Source of the DNA: Schmidtea polychroa
Taxonomy: Eukaryota
Assembly (NCBI GenBank): GCA_044892525.1
Contig: CM097885.1
Coordinates: 76,198,001 to 76,262,000 of the forward strand
Direction of reading: 5' to 3'
Length of the DNA: 64,000 bases
The first letter of the stretch is position 1. Each line of letters begins with the position of its first letter. The position numbers and the translations under genes are program-made. The notes beneath the pieces were generated by a model, which ran no database searches, was not told the DNA's origin, and was given only the letters and a program-made list of their open reading frames with translations. This document shows positions 1 to 12,300 of the stretch, piece by piece.

Positions 1-190
1 AAAATCCCAGGACCATCGTTTTTGTATAGAAAAAATTTTTTTGTATTGAAAATCCCAGGACCATCGAGACCTCCTCACTATAGTCTGAAAATTCCTTGGC
101 TTTTTTAGTGTAGACCAGCTTTTTGTATTGAAAAAAATTTTTTGTATTGAAAATCCCAGGACCATCGAGACCCCCTCACTATAGTGTGAT
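1..190. repeat. Short dispersed tandem repeats (AAAATCCCAGGACCATCG x3 with TTTTTGTATTG spacers), probably subterminal repeats of a DNA transposon
   Basis: AAAATCCCAGGACCATCG occurs at about 1, 49 and 150. The block GAGACC(T/C)CCTCACTATAGT occurs twice. Confidence 0.6.
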
Positions 191-261
191 AAAAAAATAA
201 TTTGGACCAAAAATCCCTGAGAGCAAAAAATGTGAGTTGGAACAATTGCGTAATAAAAAGT

Positions 262-310
262 TGGAACAATTTTACCCCCCCCCCCCGGGGGGGGGGGGGT
301 AATTGTTCCA
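262..310. other. Near-perfect palindrome TGGAACAATT-TT-A-C12 / G13-TAATTGTTCCA
   Basis: Read directly from the sequence. The arms are reverse complements apart from a 2-nt insertion and one extra G. Confidence 0.8.
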
Positions 311-519
311 GTGGGCTACTATCTACCTACTCGCATGCAATCATAAATGTTATATTTTTGATACAACATAGAACATAAAAGTAGTTTTTCATTATTTATT
401 TAGAGCGCATATATAATTAACTGAAAAAAATATTGCGTACATTATTAAGTTTACTTACAATGAAAGAGAAGCTAGAAATGGAAATATCAAAAAGAATAAA
501 AATAAATGAGAACTGTAAC

Positions 520-1060
520 TTTAAAACAAAAAATACAAAAGATCTAAATAAAGTTATTAGACAGGAGTTATGCTATTTCGAAGCAGAGAATATCAGGAGG
601 AAATATTTAAACTTGGTATACAACAGTCTTCTTTCAATTCCCCCACAAGCGTTGAGTCAGAAAGAGCATTTTCTGCGGCTGGTATATTGTGTACCAAGAT
701 TAGATCGCGATTGGGCGACAAAAGCCTAGATAAACTTACGTTTCTGCGGACATATTTTAATAACTTAAAAAATAAAATAATTATTTCAATTTATTCTTTA
801 TTATTAATTTTTGAATGTAAATGAATAACTTTCTTTACTTTTAATGTACATAAATGTTATTATAAATTTTTAATGTAAATGAATTACTTTTTTTTTTAAA
901 TTAAAGAATTTTTGTTTCGTTTTTTAATAGTTGTTATGTGTTTTATTTTGAGAATTATTATTTTTTGGAATACCGGTATTGATACCGGGATTCCGGTATC
1001 AATAAATTTCAATACCGAAATACCGGTATTGTTTTTTTTTGGTGTTTTTTGCAATCCCTA
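520..1060 (+). mobile_element. hAT transposon 3' remnant: frameshifted C-terminal dimerization domain plus terminal repeat
   Basis: Joining the two overlapping ORFs gives LVYNSLLSIPP/TSVESERAFSAAGILCTKIRSRLGDKSLDKLTFLRTYF, the hAT dimerization motif. AATACCGGTATT subterminal palindromes lie at about 969-1030. The element ends GCAATCCCTA (reverse complement TAGGGATTGC) at 1060. Confidence 0.8.
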
Positions 1061-1429
1061 CTTGGGATAGTCTTTTTCGTCCATGAGAGATTTTAATTCA
1101 TCGGGTTTCAATATAGAGTTCTTAATACCCATCCTAAATATTTTCAAAAAATCATTACATATTTAACATTTATAATACCAACCTTTATAATAACATTTAT
1201 AGGGATGTTTATTTGTCAACCCGCTTTCAATTCCTAATCGTTTGTCGGCTTCAACAGTGTTCCCTGAGACATGGCTGAAAACTTCACTTGCTTCTTTTTC
1301 GGATTCTGCTGTTCCACATTCATCTGAATTTAATTATAAGACAAATATATAAAATTAAACGTACGAACCATGTTGGGAAGTTTTGGAACCAACTTCTGGT
1401 GGTTGAACATAGCTGTATCGCCTGGTTTT
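1061..1429 (-). CDS. Putative exons of an unnamed spliced gene (exons about 1365-1429, 1179-1323, 1061-1133)
   Basis: Two short AT-rich GT-AG introns (1324-1364, 41 nt; 1134-1178, 45 nt) keep one open frame when removed: KPGDTAMFNHQKLVPKLPNMVHECGTAESEKEASEVFSHVSGNTVEADKRLGIESGLTNKHPYKCYYKGWMGIKNSILKPDELKSLMDEKDYPK. No family recognised. Confidence 0.4.
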
Positions 1430-4400
1430 CTTTTTAGATTTAAATTTAATAGTATTTAAATATATATCAATTTTAGATATTATAATTCACTTGAATATCG
1501 TTTACGTATTATTATTTTTTATGAAAAATTCTGGGTACTTAATGAATACATCATGTACCTCATAGATCTAAGCAAGTTCTAATAACATCTTGCATGTGTC
1601 TAGCAATAAAAATTAAATTCATTATAGGTATTTTAAACATTTTTGGTTGATCAATAAAATATTTCGATATAAGACTAAAACAAATTCATTTAATTCTATT
1701 TTAAATTAACCACTATCAATTTTTTATTTTTTATCATGTTTTGAAACAGCATTTTTATAAACAAAAAAATGTACAATTTAATAAAATTTTAACATTAAGT
1801 TATTTATTCAGGATTTTTCATTAATTTAGAATTGGCTCATGCGATGAGTAATATGGCGAGGAAATGCCGTGGTTGAATGATGAGTATAGGCCCATCACCA
1901 CATTCACCCTCAATAAATACTACAGAAGGGGCTCAGAAAATATAGAGTGAATATATGTGCCGAGGAAAGGCGAAAAATTCAATCAATCCAATGCAATCCA
2001 GTAACAATCCATTCAGAAACAATATCCCTTGTGTTATCATTTTTATCAACATTGACTATTTTATATTTTGTGACTATTCTTTATGCTATTATTAGTGTAT
2101 AGTTTAATTATTTTTATTTTATAGAATTCTGTATATATCACGGAGTAGTTTGTTAATTTTTATTTAATAGATTTTTCCTTGTACATATTTAATATTTTTA
2201 CAAAAGGGTAAATTAATAATTACAGAAAAGTAATTAGTATTATAAAATAATTAAGTTAAATAAATACCAGAAGAATAATTGGTATCATATTATAAAATAA
2301 TTAAGTACTATTATAAATATAAATTTGTCATGAATAATATTAATATAATGCACGCAATTTGTGAGTAAAAGATATTATTATTAAAAAGAAAATAACATCT
2401 GCTATAAGTTAAGAAAAATATCTGTTCGATTATTAAATTAATATTATATAATATGGAAAAAATACCTGTAATATATATTAAAAATTATATAATATTATTC
2501 CGTGCGTACAGGCCGGAAATAAAATAATTTATTTATTAAATTTTAAAATAGTATAAATACCCAAGTAAAAATCAATTCAATCGCCCAAAAATTTGCGTTT
2601 TACAAATATTTAACGGTAAATCCGGCGAATAACTTAAAACCAATAGCAGACAGAAACGCTCTACATCTTTCAAAGAAATTGCAGTAAATAACACATGGCA
2701 TGCACAATATAACAATTTAACTTAAACATATAAATACATGCATTGAATTATCTAAAGAATTGAAATGGTCAACCAAACAAGTACCTGAAGCATCTGTACA
2801 TTTTTAATTGGTAAATTTTATTATTAAATAAACTTTTAAAATTAGGCTTATCTTTTTTTATTTATATAAGAACCAGTAAAGTTGAGCATCTCAAATATTG
2901 AGACCTCAACACCTTTATTAAAAGGTATGACTCATACAAACTAGTCTTTCAGCAGCTTTCTTTTTATACCATTCCTGAAATAATTATTTAATTTATATCG
3001 GGCTATTATTCCTGAAATTTGGGTCTAATTACATTCAAAATAAACCAATTTGCTCAATCTTTCGGCTTCTCGTTTAGAGAATTTAATAATAATTCTTTTA
3101 ATGACTATTATGGTTCCTATACAGTTTGACTCTTCACATAACTCGAGTTATACCTCTTGGATACCTCATTAGTGAATTTATTATTTTAATTACTTTGTTA
3201 TTTACTTATAACTTTTTATAGGTAACCTTCACTAAATCTTTATTATCATTTTTGGGTTCGTCTCATGATTTGGTGTTCAACCATACCCGTTTCCCCGGAA
3301 CAATATTAATTTTCAACGTTAACTGGATTTTAATTACTTTTGGATTTCTTTTATTACTAACGTTTTTTTTTATTTTAACCATATTTAAATTTTTAGTGCT
3401 TTCTTACATTAACCCTAAGAAAATTTAGTTTTATTCCTATAAATTTAATTTTTAGTTGAAGTAGTACAATGATGGTATGTTTTTCAATTTATATGTAAGA
3501 GTGGTAGCATGGAAAACTATGTGTTGCGTACTGATGATGAATGAGTTATAAGAAATAATTGAAAAGACCATTCAAAAACGAAATGGGACCATGTTTTCTT
3601 TCTCCACTCTTGACCTTCGAGATCCAAATAGTCGAATACTCCATTTCGATTTCGGATGTCCCCAGATTACACAATTCTAGCATCACTCTTGATGGTTGAC
3701 TGCATGTTTGATAAGAGTTGTGTCTCATGTTGATTGGGTCACGGGTAGAGAGATGCTAATAACCATGACGACGAAAGACAAATCATCAGACAAAACACTC
3801 TTGTGTCACCAAACGTTGTCTAATAGTTTGCAATAACCTGACTGCAAAATATCAAGGCGGGAAATTTAAACGAGGTATGAGACTAGAATTTATTCATTTC
3901 ACTGCGCCAGTAAAATTACTATACAGCGTAATTAAAATATTCATTAAAAACAATATTTAATACCAAAAGTACACAAAACAACTATAATATAAGGTTAATA
4001 AATTGATGACTCCAAGAAGCATCTTATGTGGCGAAAGGATTAATTACATATCATCATATTTTAATTAATCTAATAAATTTTAGTATTTTATTTTTCATTA
4101 TAATTATATACAAATAATTAAATAATAAAGATAGAAAAGATTTACTGTTAATAAGTGTTAAGTATATCCAATGAATCATTATAGCGTTAGTTGAAAGGAT
4201 AGATATGAAAATCACCAATTAAATAAGGTTTCAAAATTTAATTCTTTTTTTAACTTTATGAATAATGGTTATGTACAGCTAATTTGAAAACTTTTAATGT
4301 TTTTGAAAATCTTAATTGTTCTTTGTTATCATTGTTTGAATATTGTTAAAATTTACATAGAAACAACATGTTTAAATATACTTTAGAGATAATTTTTTAG

Positions 4401-4479
4401 AAAACTTAAATTTGAACGTTTTTAATTATTTTAAATTAATTTGACTAATACTAACATATATGTACATTATTTTAGATTA

Positions 4480-7343
4480 ATGGATGACTCTTTGTTCAAT
4501 GAATCTCTGAACCAACCTTTGAAATATCCAGTTGAAAAAATACCGAACAGATATCATAATTATTTAACTAATTGTAAACTACGTAATCAAAAATTACAAG
4601 AAATAATTAAAAACCAAAATCATAAACGTAATAAAGTTGGAAAATTAGAAGAAGGGTTTACGCTGTATTTCAATGGAGCAAATGATAAAAAAGATTTTAC
4701 AACAACAATAGCTCCTAGGAAATCTAAAACTTGCGAAGAAAGAGGAAAAGCTTATACTGAACGAGCCAAGTCTGGTATTGAACGTCCTAAATGGGGTTCA
4801 GCAACAAAAGTAGGATTCTTAACAGAAAGAGGAGATAAAATGTTTGTTAGACCAAATAATTACTATTCAGACGATTTCGAGGAATTTGAAGATGTTATCG
4901 ATGAATCTGTCAATGAATTTGAGTTTGATAAAAGTAAATTCGATGGTATTTCAATGGAATTATCGTTGAACGAAATGAAGTGCCTTAGAGAAAGTTTAAT
5001 TATGAACAGCCCAATGAATTATAAAGAAAAAAGTAAACATTATTTGAATGTCGATGAAAAACCGATAACAGCTGAAAAGGAAATAAATAAAACAATGAAA
5101 ATAAACGATAACAAACAATTAGAAGAAAATGTTTTAGAAAAGATGGAAGATGAAAATGCAAAAATTGTGACATTAGAATTGAAAATGGACGATGAATTGG
5201 TCGAAATAAATGATACAGATAATGAGAAACGATTAAAAGCGATCGTCGATCGAGTTTTGAAAATGAACTTTAATCAACAACAAAAGTTGTTGAGTACCCT
5301 GGATAAAATAGAAACCGTTTTCGAAACCGACATTGAAAGTGAAGTTGACCTCGATTTAACAATTGAAAGTAATTGGGGCCATTCGTCACGTGTCGGATTG
5401 ACAGAGGTTGAATTCTGGGACTCAAATAAGCAACGAATAATGATTATGAACGTAGAATCAAATGAGAGAGTTGAAGGGAAACTCAATAATCTGACCAATG
5501 ACAAAAAAGATACGGCAAAAGAGAAAAATATGTGGTCTACAAATTTTACCAGTGCTCGTCCGATAACTATCTGTTTTACGTTGTCGACTCAATCTGTTGC
5601 TGATGTCCAGTTCGTCGCGATTTGGAATTTCAACAAATCACTCGATTCCTTATCAATTGGCGTACAGAAATTCTCACTAAGACATTCTGACAAACTCCTA
5701 TGTGCGGGAATCGTCGAAAAGGCACTCGGAAATCAAGTTTTCAATCCACCGACAATATTAGAAATCGGGTCGGTGGTCAATAGTAAGACTATTATTGAGG
5801 ATGTTGAGGAGAATTTGACGGACGAGGATGATGATGAATGCCTAATGGAGAGGCTGAGGAATGCTCAGAATTTGACATTTAGAACGAGAATGTCAGGAGG
5901 GAAATTAGAGGATAACTCCCATGAAAAGATAACAACAGAAATGAAGTCAGAAGACAAATTGGAAATGAAATTGGAGGGAATAAACAATAATTTATCAATG
6001 GAAAAAAATGAGAAATGCAATTCAAATCGGAAAGAAAGTGCTAGATTTGGCCGCAGATCAGAATTAGACGAATGCAGTGGAAGAGATCAATTGAAAGAAT
6101 TGATTGCCGAATTCGAAACAACGACATTAGCAATTGAAGGAAAGAATAATTCAGAAAATCTTGAGAAATCTTGGTCGTCGTTGAAATTTTTCAATAAATC
6201 CCAAGCGGGTCGATTATCATTGGACCATACAGGGGACATTCTGGACAAATATGTTGATCAAATCAGAAGAAATCAGGTAGATGAAGAACATGAAATAGAA
6301 GAGGAATTTGTGATCCCAGAATTGCCGAAAGGAAAAGAATTAGTCATAAATATTCTGTCGACATGGGGGGATCCGCATTATGTCGGACTGACGGGAATTG
6401 AAATGTTTGCATCAACTGGGGATCGAGTGGCAGTCAGGAATATCTCTGCCAATCCTCCAGATATCAATATCTTACCTGGATACGGCACTGACCCCAGAAT
6501 CGTAACGAATTTACTTGACGGCATCAATAAGACCCACGATGACGTTCACATGTGGTTAGTTCCGTTCACTGCAAGCCAAAATCACTTGATAAAAGTTGAA
6601 TTTGAAAAGGAAATCGATTTGGCACTATTACGAATCTGGAACTACAACAAATCTCGGATACATTCGTCGAGGGGGGCAAGAGAGGTCGAGATCAAATTGA
6701 ATGGAGCGGTCATATTCAAGGGGGAAATAGCAAGAGCGTTTCATTGTAGCGAGATCGAAGAATTCGGCGAAGTGATTTTGTTCACGTCGGATGATCAGAT
6801 ATTAGATAGAATCGGTCAGAATGATCAGGAATTTGTCGATTCGAGTCATAACATCGATAATAACAACAAGGACGCAGACGGCCAATTACATATCGGTTCA
6901 TCTGACGAGGCAAAGGAATTACTAGACAGTCTCGCCATGCGCCCACCTACTGCCAAACAGTCACCGACGAACGACAGGAAAACAGATGACATCAGCAATC
7001 GCAAATCAACCAATCTATATCGGCCATTTACAAGCACAAGGCCGGTCCGGTTCTGTGAAGAAAAACAGATTACGAAGGTAAAATTGAGTTTTGTCGACAC
7101 TTGGGGTGATAATTTCTATATCGGATTAACCGGACTGGAACTCGTAGGTGATAACGGCGATGTCATCAATGTCGATACAAATAACATTTCGTTCGACATG
7201 GAGTCATTGAAAGATGACGTCAGACGAGTTGAAAATATTTTCGATGGAACGAATCTGACAATTAGCGATGAGCATATGTGGCTTGCTCCATTTAGTAGCA
7301 ATGAAGATCACTGCCTGACGATTACTGTTGAATCCGCGTCCAA
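4480..7343 (+). CDS. KATNIP: KATNIP/KIAA0556 (katanin-interacting ciliary base protein, DUF4457 repeats), coding exon 1
   Basis: The 968-codon ORF has the N-terminal LEEGFTLYFNGAN motif and repeated modules: STWGDPHYVGLTGIE...MWLVPF...LRIWNYNKS and DTWGDNFYIGLTGLE...MWLAPF. The donor is AA|GTGAGA at 7343/7344. The start is uncertain (ATG at 4480, or acceptor TTTAG at 4475). Confidence 0.9.
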
Positions 7344-7530
7344 GTGAGAAATTATTCATAAATCATATTATTCTTATTATTATTTATTAATTATTATTAA
7401 TAATTAATTATTATGTATTATTAATTATTGTATTTATTAATATTATAATTAATTAATTAATTTTTATATATTATTTATTATTACTATTTCTTATTAATTT
7501 TTATCATTTTTATTATTATTATTATTATTA

Positions 7531-8798
7531 CAGGGTTTCCAAAAAAGTTTCATCCTTTTTAAAAAAAGTTTTATTTTTCCACAAAATTTCAACCTCAAAT
7601 GTAGAAATATTAATATTAATGAAAAATCAAAGATAAAATCAATGTTATTTTATGAATTCTTTAAATTTCCCGCCATTTTTGAGGATATAATAAAGCATAT
7701 TTAAGCCCCAATGGCACCAAGAACAAGACTCACTGACCATCTCAGAGAACTTATATGCGGCAATTACAATGCCTTAAAACCGATTGTTAAAATTGCCGAA
7801 GAGTTGGAATTGAATGTTAAAACGGTTACAGCAGTCATTAAAATATATAAAGAAACTGGAAGAATAAAATCCGCAATCAAAAAATGCGGGAGAAAGAAGA
7901 AAATAACGCCGGAGCAGGTTGGTTTTATAAAAAACGAAATCAACGAGGAAGTTTCAATAACTTTAAACACCTTGAAATCCAAAATACTAGAAAAATTCAA
8001 CGTTTCGTTATCAAAAAGTACAATATCCAACGCAATTGAAGCTTTCCATTATAGCTTTAAGAGAGTTACATTGGTTCCTATGGCACGAAATACGACTGAG
8101 AATAAAGCAAAACGTTTTCAATACGCGTGTGATTTTACCCAAATATCGCATGAGAGTTTCATATTTTTGGATGAATGTGGAATTAGCTGCAGCTTACGCC
8201 GATCTTATGGCAGAAGTTTGAGGGGAACTTCCCCAAGAAAAACTGTCAGAGCTATCAGAAGCCAAAAAATTTATTATCCGCCGCAATCACTCAGAATGGT
8301 ATTTATTTTTTCGAATACAGTTTTTCAGCTTACAACGGTGAAAAATATGGACTATTTATTGCTAATTTGTGTGAGAAGTTGAGATCTGAAGGAATTACGA
8401 ACCGGTGTTTTGTGATGGATAATGTTCCTTTCCACAAAATGATAGCCATAAGAGAATTGATCAATAGCGAAGGGCATAGTGTATTATTCTTGCCGCCTTA
8501 TAGCCCGCAACTAAATCCAATTGAGAATTTATTCTCGAAGTGGAAAGGTCTGATCAAAGATGCTAACTGTGATACCAAAGAACAGCTTTTGGATGCGATT
8601 CGATCAGCCAGCAGTTTAATTACGGAAGAGGATTGCGAAGGCTACTTTTCTAACATGCTTTCGTTTATTGGGAAAGCTTTTGCTGATGAAGATTTTTAAA
8701 TAATTACCTTAATCGTGTACTTCCTTTTTAATTTATTTTAATATTTGTCGATGAAACGTTTTTAAAAAAGGATGAAACTTTTCTGGAAAAGGATGAAA
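7531..8798 (+). mobile_element. Tc1/IS630-like (DD34E) DNA transposon, transposase 7711-8699 with one -1 frameshift
   Basis: TA|CAGGGTTTCC left end. AAAAGTTTCATCCTTTTT recurs inverted at about 8765-8798, running into the gap. The protein has an N-terminal HTH region, FLDECG, VMDNVPFH and LPPYSPQLNPIE, with 34 residues between the second D and E. The frameshift is near the A6 run at 8264-8269. Confidence 0.9.
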
Positions 8799-9374
8799 NN
8801 NNNNNNNNNNNNNNNNNNNNNNNNNNNNNNNNNNNNNNNNNNNNNNNNNNNNNNNNNNNNNNNNNNNNNNNNNNNNNNNNNNNNNNNNNNNNNNNNNNNN
8901 NNNNNNNNNNNNNNNNNNNNNNNNNNNNNNNNNNNNNNNNNNNNNNNNNNNNNNNNNNNNNNNNNNNNNNNNNNNNNNNNNNNNNNNNNNNNNNNNNNNN
9001 NNNNNNNNNNNNNNNNNNNNNNNNNNNNNNNNNNNNNNNNNNNNNNNNNNNNNNNNNNNNNNNNNNNNNNNNNNNNNNNNNNNNNNNNNNNNNNNNNNNN
9101 NNNNNNNNNNNNNNNNNNNNNNNNNNNNNNNNNNNNNNNNNNNNNNNNNNNNNNNNNNNNNNNNNNNNNNNNNNNNNNNNNNNNNNNNNNNNNNNNNNNN
9201 NNNNNNNNNNNNNNNNNNNNNNNNNNNNNNNNNNNNNNNNNNNNNNNNNNNNNNNNNNNNNNNNNNNNNNNNNNNNNNNNNNNNNNNNNNNNNNNNNNNN
9301 NNNNNNNNNNNNNNNNNNNNNNNNNNNNNNNNNNNNNNNNNNNNNNNNNNNNNNNNNNNNNNNNNNNNNNNNNN
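8799..9374. other. Assembly gap (N run)
   Basis: Run of N. Confidence 1.
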
Positions 9375-9815
9375 GGAATTATTTATGGAAATATATAGCC
9401 CCACAAATTTTTATTATCCCATCATGAAGCCTTGATGTTAAATATTATTAAATGCTCAATGAATATATACAATTTAGAAAGTTCATGTTTAATTAAATTG
9501 ATATTTAATCTACATTAAAAAATCTTAATTTGTAAGGATTGACTTCATGATAATTGTTTTTGTTTTTAAAAAATCTCACATTTGTAACTTACACTACATG
9601 AACTTCACCAATGGGTTTCCGTTTGAAGAATCAAATAGTATTGTTGTCATAATTTGTTGACAAGTGTACCTTTAATTTTTTTTATAAATCTGATAAATGA
9701 AGACAATCTGGTATTTATTTTACCATATAGAACTAAAATCCTGTTTATTTAAAAATATATCAATAAATTAAATTATTAAATTGAAAGCGGCCTTGAATAT
9801 TAGTCGTGACTCTGG

Positions 9816-12300
9816 TGCTCCACATTCTGTCCTATGCCCTGATGCTCCACATTCTGTCCTATGCCCTGATGCTCCACATTCTGTCATATGCCCTGATTCT
9901 CCACATTCTGTCCTATGCCCTGATGCTCCACATTCTGTCATATGCCCTGATGCTCCACATTCTGTCCTATGCCCTGATGCTCCACATTCTGTCCTATGCC
10001 ATGATTCTCCACATTCTGTTCTATGCCCTAATGCTCCACATTCTGTCCTATGCCCTGATGCTCCACATTCTGTCCTATGTCCTGATGCTCCACATTCTGT
10101 CCTATGCCCTAATGCTCCACATTCTGTCCTATGCCCTGATGCTCCACATTCTGTCCTATGCCCTGATTGTCCACATTCTGTCCTATGCCCTGATGCTCCA
10201 CATTCTGTTCTATGCCCTAATGCTCCACATTCTGTCCTATGCCCTAATGCTCCACATTCTGTTCTATGCCATAATGCTCCACATTCTGTCCTATGCCCTG
10301 ATTGTCCACATTCTGTCCTATGCCCTGATTGTCCACATTCTGTCCTATGCCCTGATTGTCCACATTCTGTCCTATGCCCTGATGCTCCACATTCTGTCCT
10401 ATGCCCTAATGCTCCACATTCTGTTCTATGCCATAATGCTCCACATTCTGTCCTATGCCCTGATGCTCCACATTCTGTCCTATGCCCTGATGCTCCACAT
10501 TCTGTCATATGCCCTGATTCTCCACATTCTGTCCTATGCCCTGATGCTCCACATTCTGTCATATGCCCTGATGCTCCACATTCTGTCCTATGCCTGATTC
10601 TCCACATTCTGTCCTATGCCCTGATGCTCCACATTCTGTCATATGCCCTGATTCTCCACATTCTGTCCTATGCCCTGATGCTCCACATTCTGTCATATGC
10701 CCTGATGCTCCACATTCTGTGCTATGCCCTGATGCTCCACATTCTGTCATATGCCCTGATTCTCCAACTTCTGTTCTATGCCCTGATGCTCCACATTCTG
10801 TCCTATGCCCTGATGCTCCACATTCTGTCCTATGCCATGATTCTCCACATTCTGTTCTATGCCCTAATGCTCCACATTCTGTCCTATGCCCTAATGCTCC
10901 ACATTCTGTCCTATGCCCTGATGCTCCACATTCTGTCCTATGTCCTGATGCTCCACATTCTGTCCTATGCCCTAATGCTCCACATTCTGTTCTATGCCCT
11001 AATGCTCCACATTCTGTCCTATGCCCTAATGCTCCACATTCTGTTCTATGCCATAATGCTCCACATTCTGTCCTATGCCCTGATTGTCCACATTCTGTCC
11101 TATGCCCTGATTGTCCACATTCTGTCCTATGCCCTGATTGTCCACATTCTGTCCTATGCCCTGATGCTCCACATTCTGTCATATGCCCTAATGCTCCACA
11201 TTCTGTTCTATGCCATAATGCTCCACATTCTGTCCTATGCCCTGATTCTCCACATTCTGTCCTATGCCCTGATTGTCCACATTCTGTCCTATGCCCTGAT
11301 TGTCCACATTCTGTCCTATGCCCTGATGCTCCACATTCTGTCCTATGCCCTGATTCTCCACATTCTGTTCTATGCCCTAATGCTCCACATTCTGTTCTAT
11401 GCCCTAATGCTCCACATTCTGTTCTATGCCCTAATGCTCCACATTCTGTCCTATGCCCTGATGCTCCACATTCTGTCCTATGTCCTGATGCTCCACATTC
11501 TGTCCTATGTCCTGATTGTCCACATTCTGTCCTATGCCCTGATGCTCCACATTCTGTCCTATGCCATAATGCTCCACATTCTGTCCTATGCCCTAATGCT
11601 CCACATTCTGTCCTATGCCCTGATGCTCCACATTCTGTCCTATGCCCTAATGCTCCACATTCTGTCCTATGCCCTAATGCTCCACATTCTGTCCTATGCC
11701 CTGATGCTCCACATTCTGTCCTATGCCCTGATTGTCCACATTCTGTCCTATGCCCTGATTGTCCACATTCTGTCCTATGCCCTAATTGTCCACATTCTGT
11801 CCTATGCCCTGATGCTCCACATTCTGTCCTATGTCCTGATTGTCCACATTCTGTCCTATACCCTGATGCTCCACATTCTGTTCTATGCCCTAATGCTCCA
11901 CATTCTGTCCTATGCCCTAATGCTCCACATTCTGTTCTATGCCCTAATGCTCCACATTCTGTCCTATGCCCTAATGCTCCACATTCTGTCCTATGTCCTG
12001 ATGCTCCACATTCTGTTCTATGCCCTAATGCTCCACATTCTGTCCTATGCCCTGATGCTCCACATTCTGTCCTATGCCCTGATGCTCCACATTCTGTCCT
12101 ATGCCCTGATTCTCCACATTCTGTCCTATGCCCTGATGCTCCACATTCTGTCCTATGCCCTGATGCTCCACATTCTGTCCTATGCCATAATGCTCCACAT
12201 TCTGTCCTATGCCCTAATTGTCCACATTCTGTCCTATGCCTTAATGCTCCACATTCTGTCCTATGTCCTGATGCTCCACATTCTGTCCTATGCCCTAATT
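9816..12300. repeat. 27-bp tandem satellite (ATGCTCCACATTCTGTCCTATGCCCTG), about 92 copies
   Basis: Period of 27 read directly. Variants CCTA/CATA, TGTC/TGTT and GCTC/TCTC/TGTC occur, with one 1-nt deletion near 10591. Confidence 0.97.

Noticed and set aside
5274-7301. Short minus-strand ORFs inside KATNIP exon 1
   Set aside because: Antisense shadows of the real CDS.
4441-7347. Treating the 968-aa ORF and the ORFs at 52866 and 56973 as three separate genes
   Set aside because: Splice sites, phases and module continuity show that they are exons of one KATNIP gene.
8733-9404. ORFs spanning N runs (also 63089-63490)
   Set aside because: Artefacts of assembly gaps.
9816-12300. CRISPR array (also considered for 57760-58905)
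   Set aside because: The repeats are head-to-tail with no unique spacers, there are no cas genes, and the context is eukaryotic.
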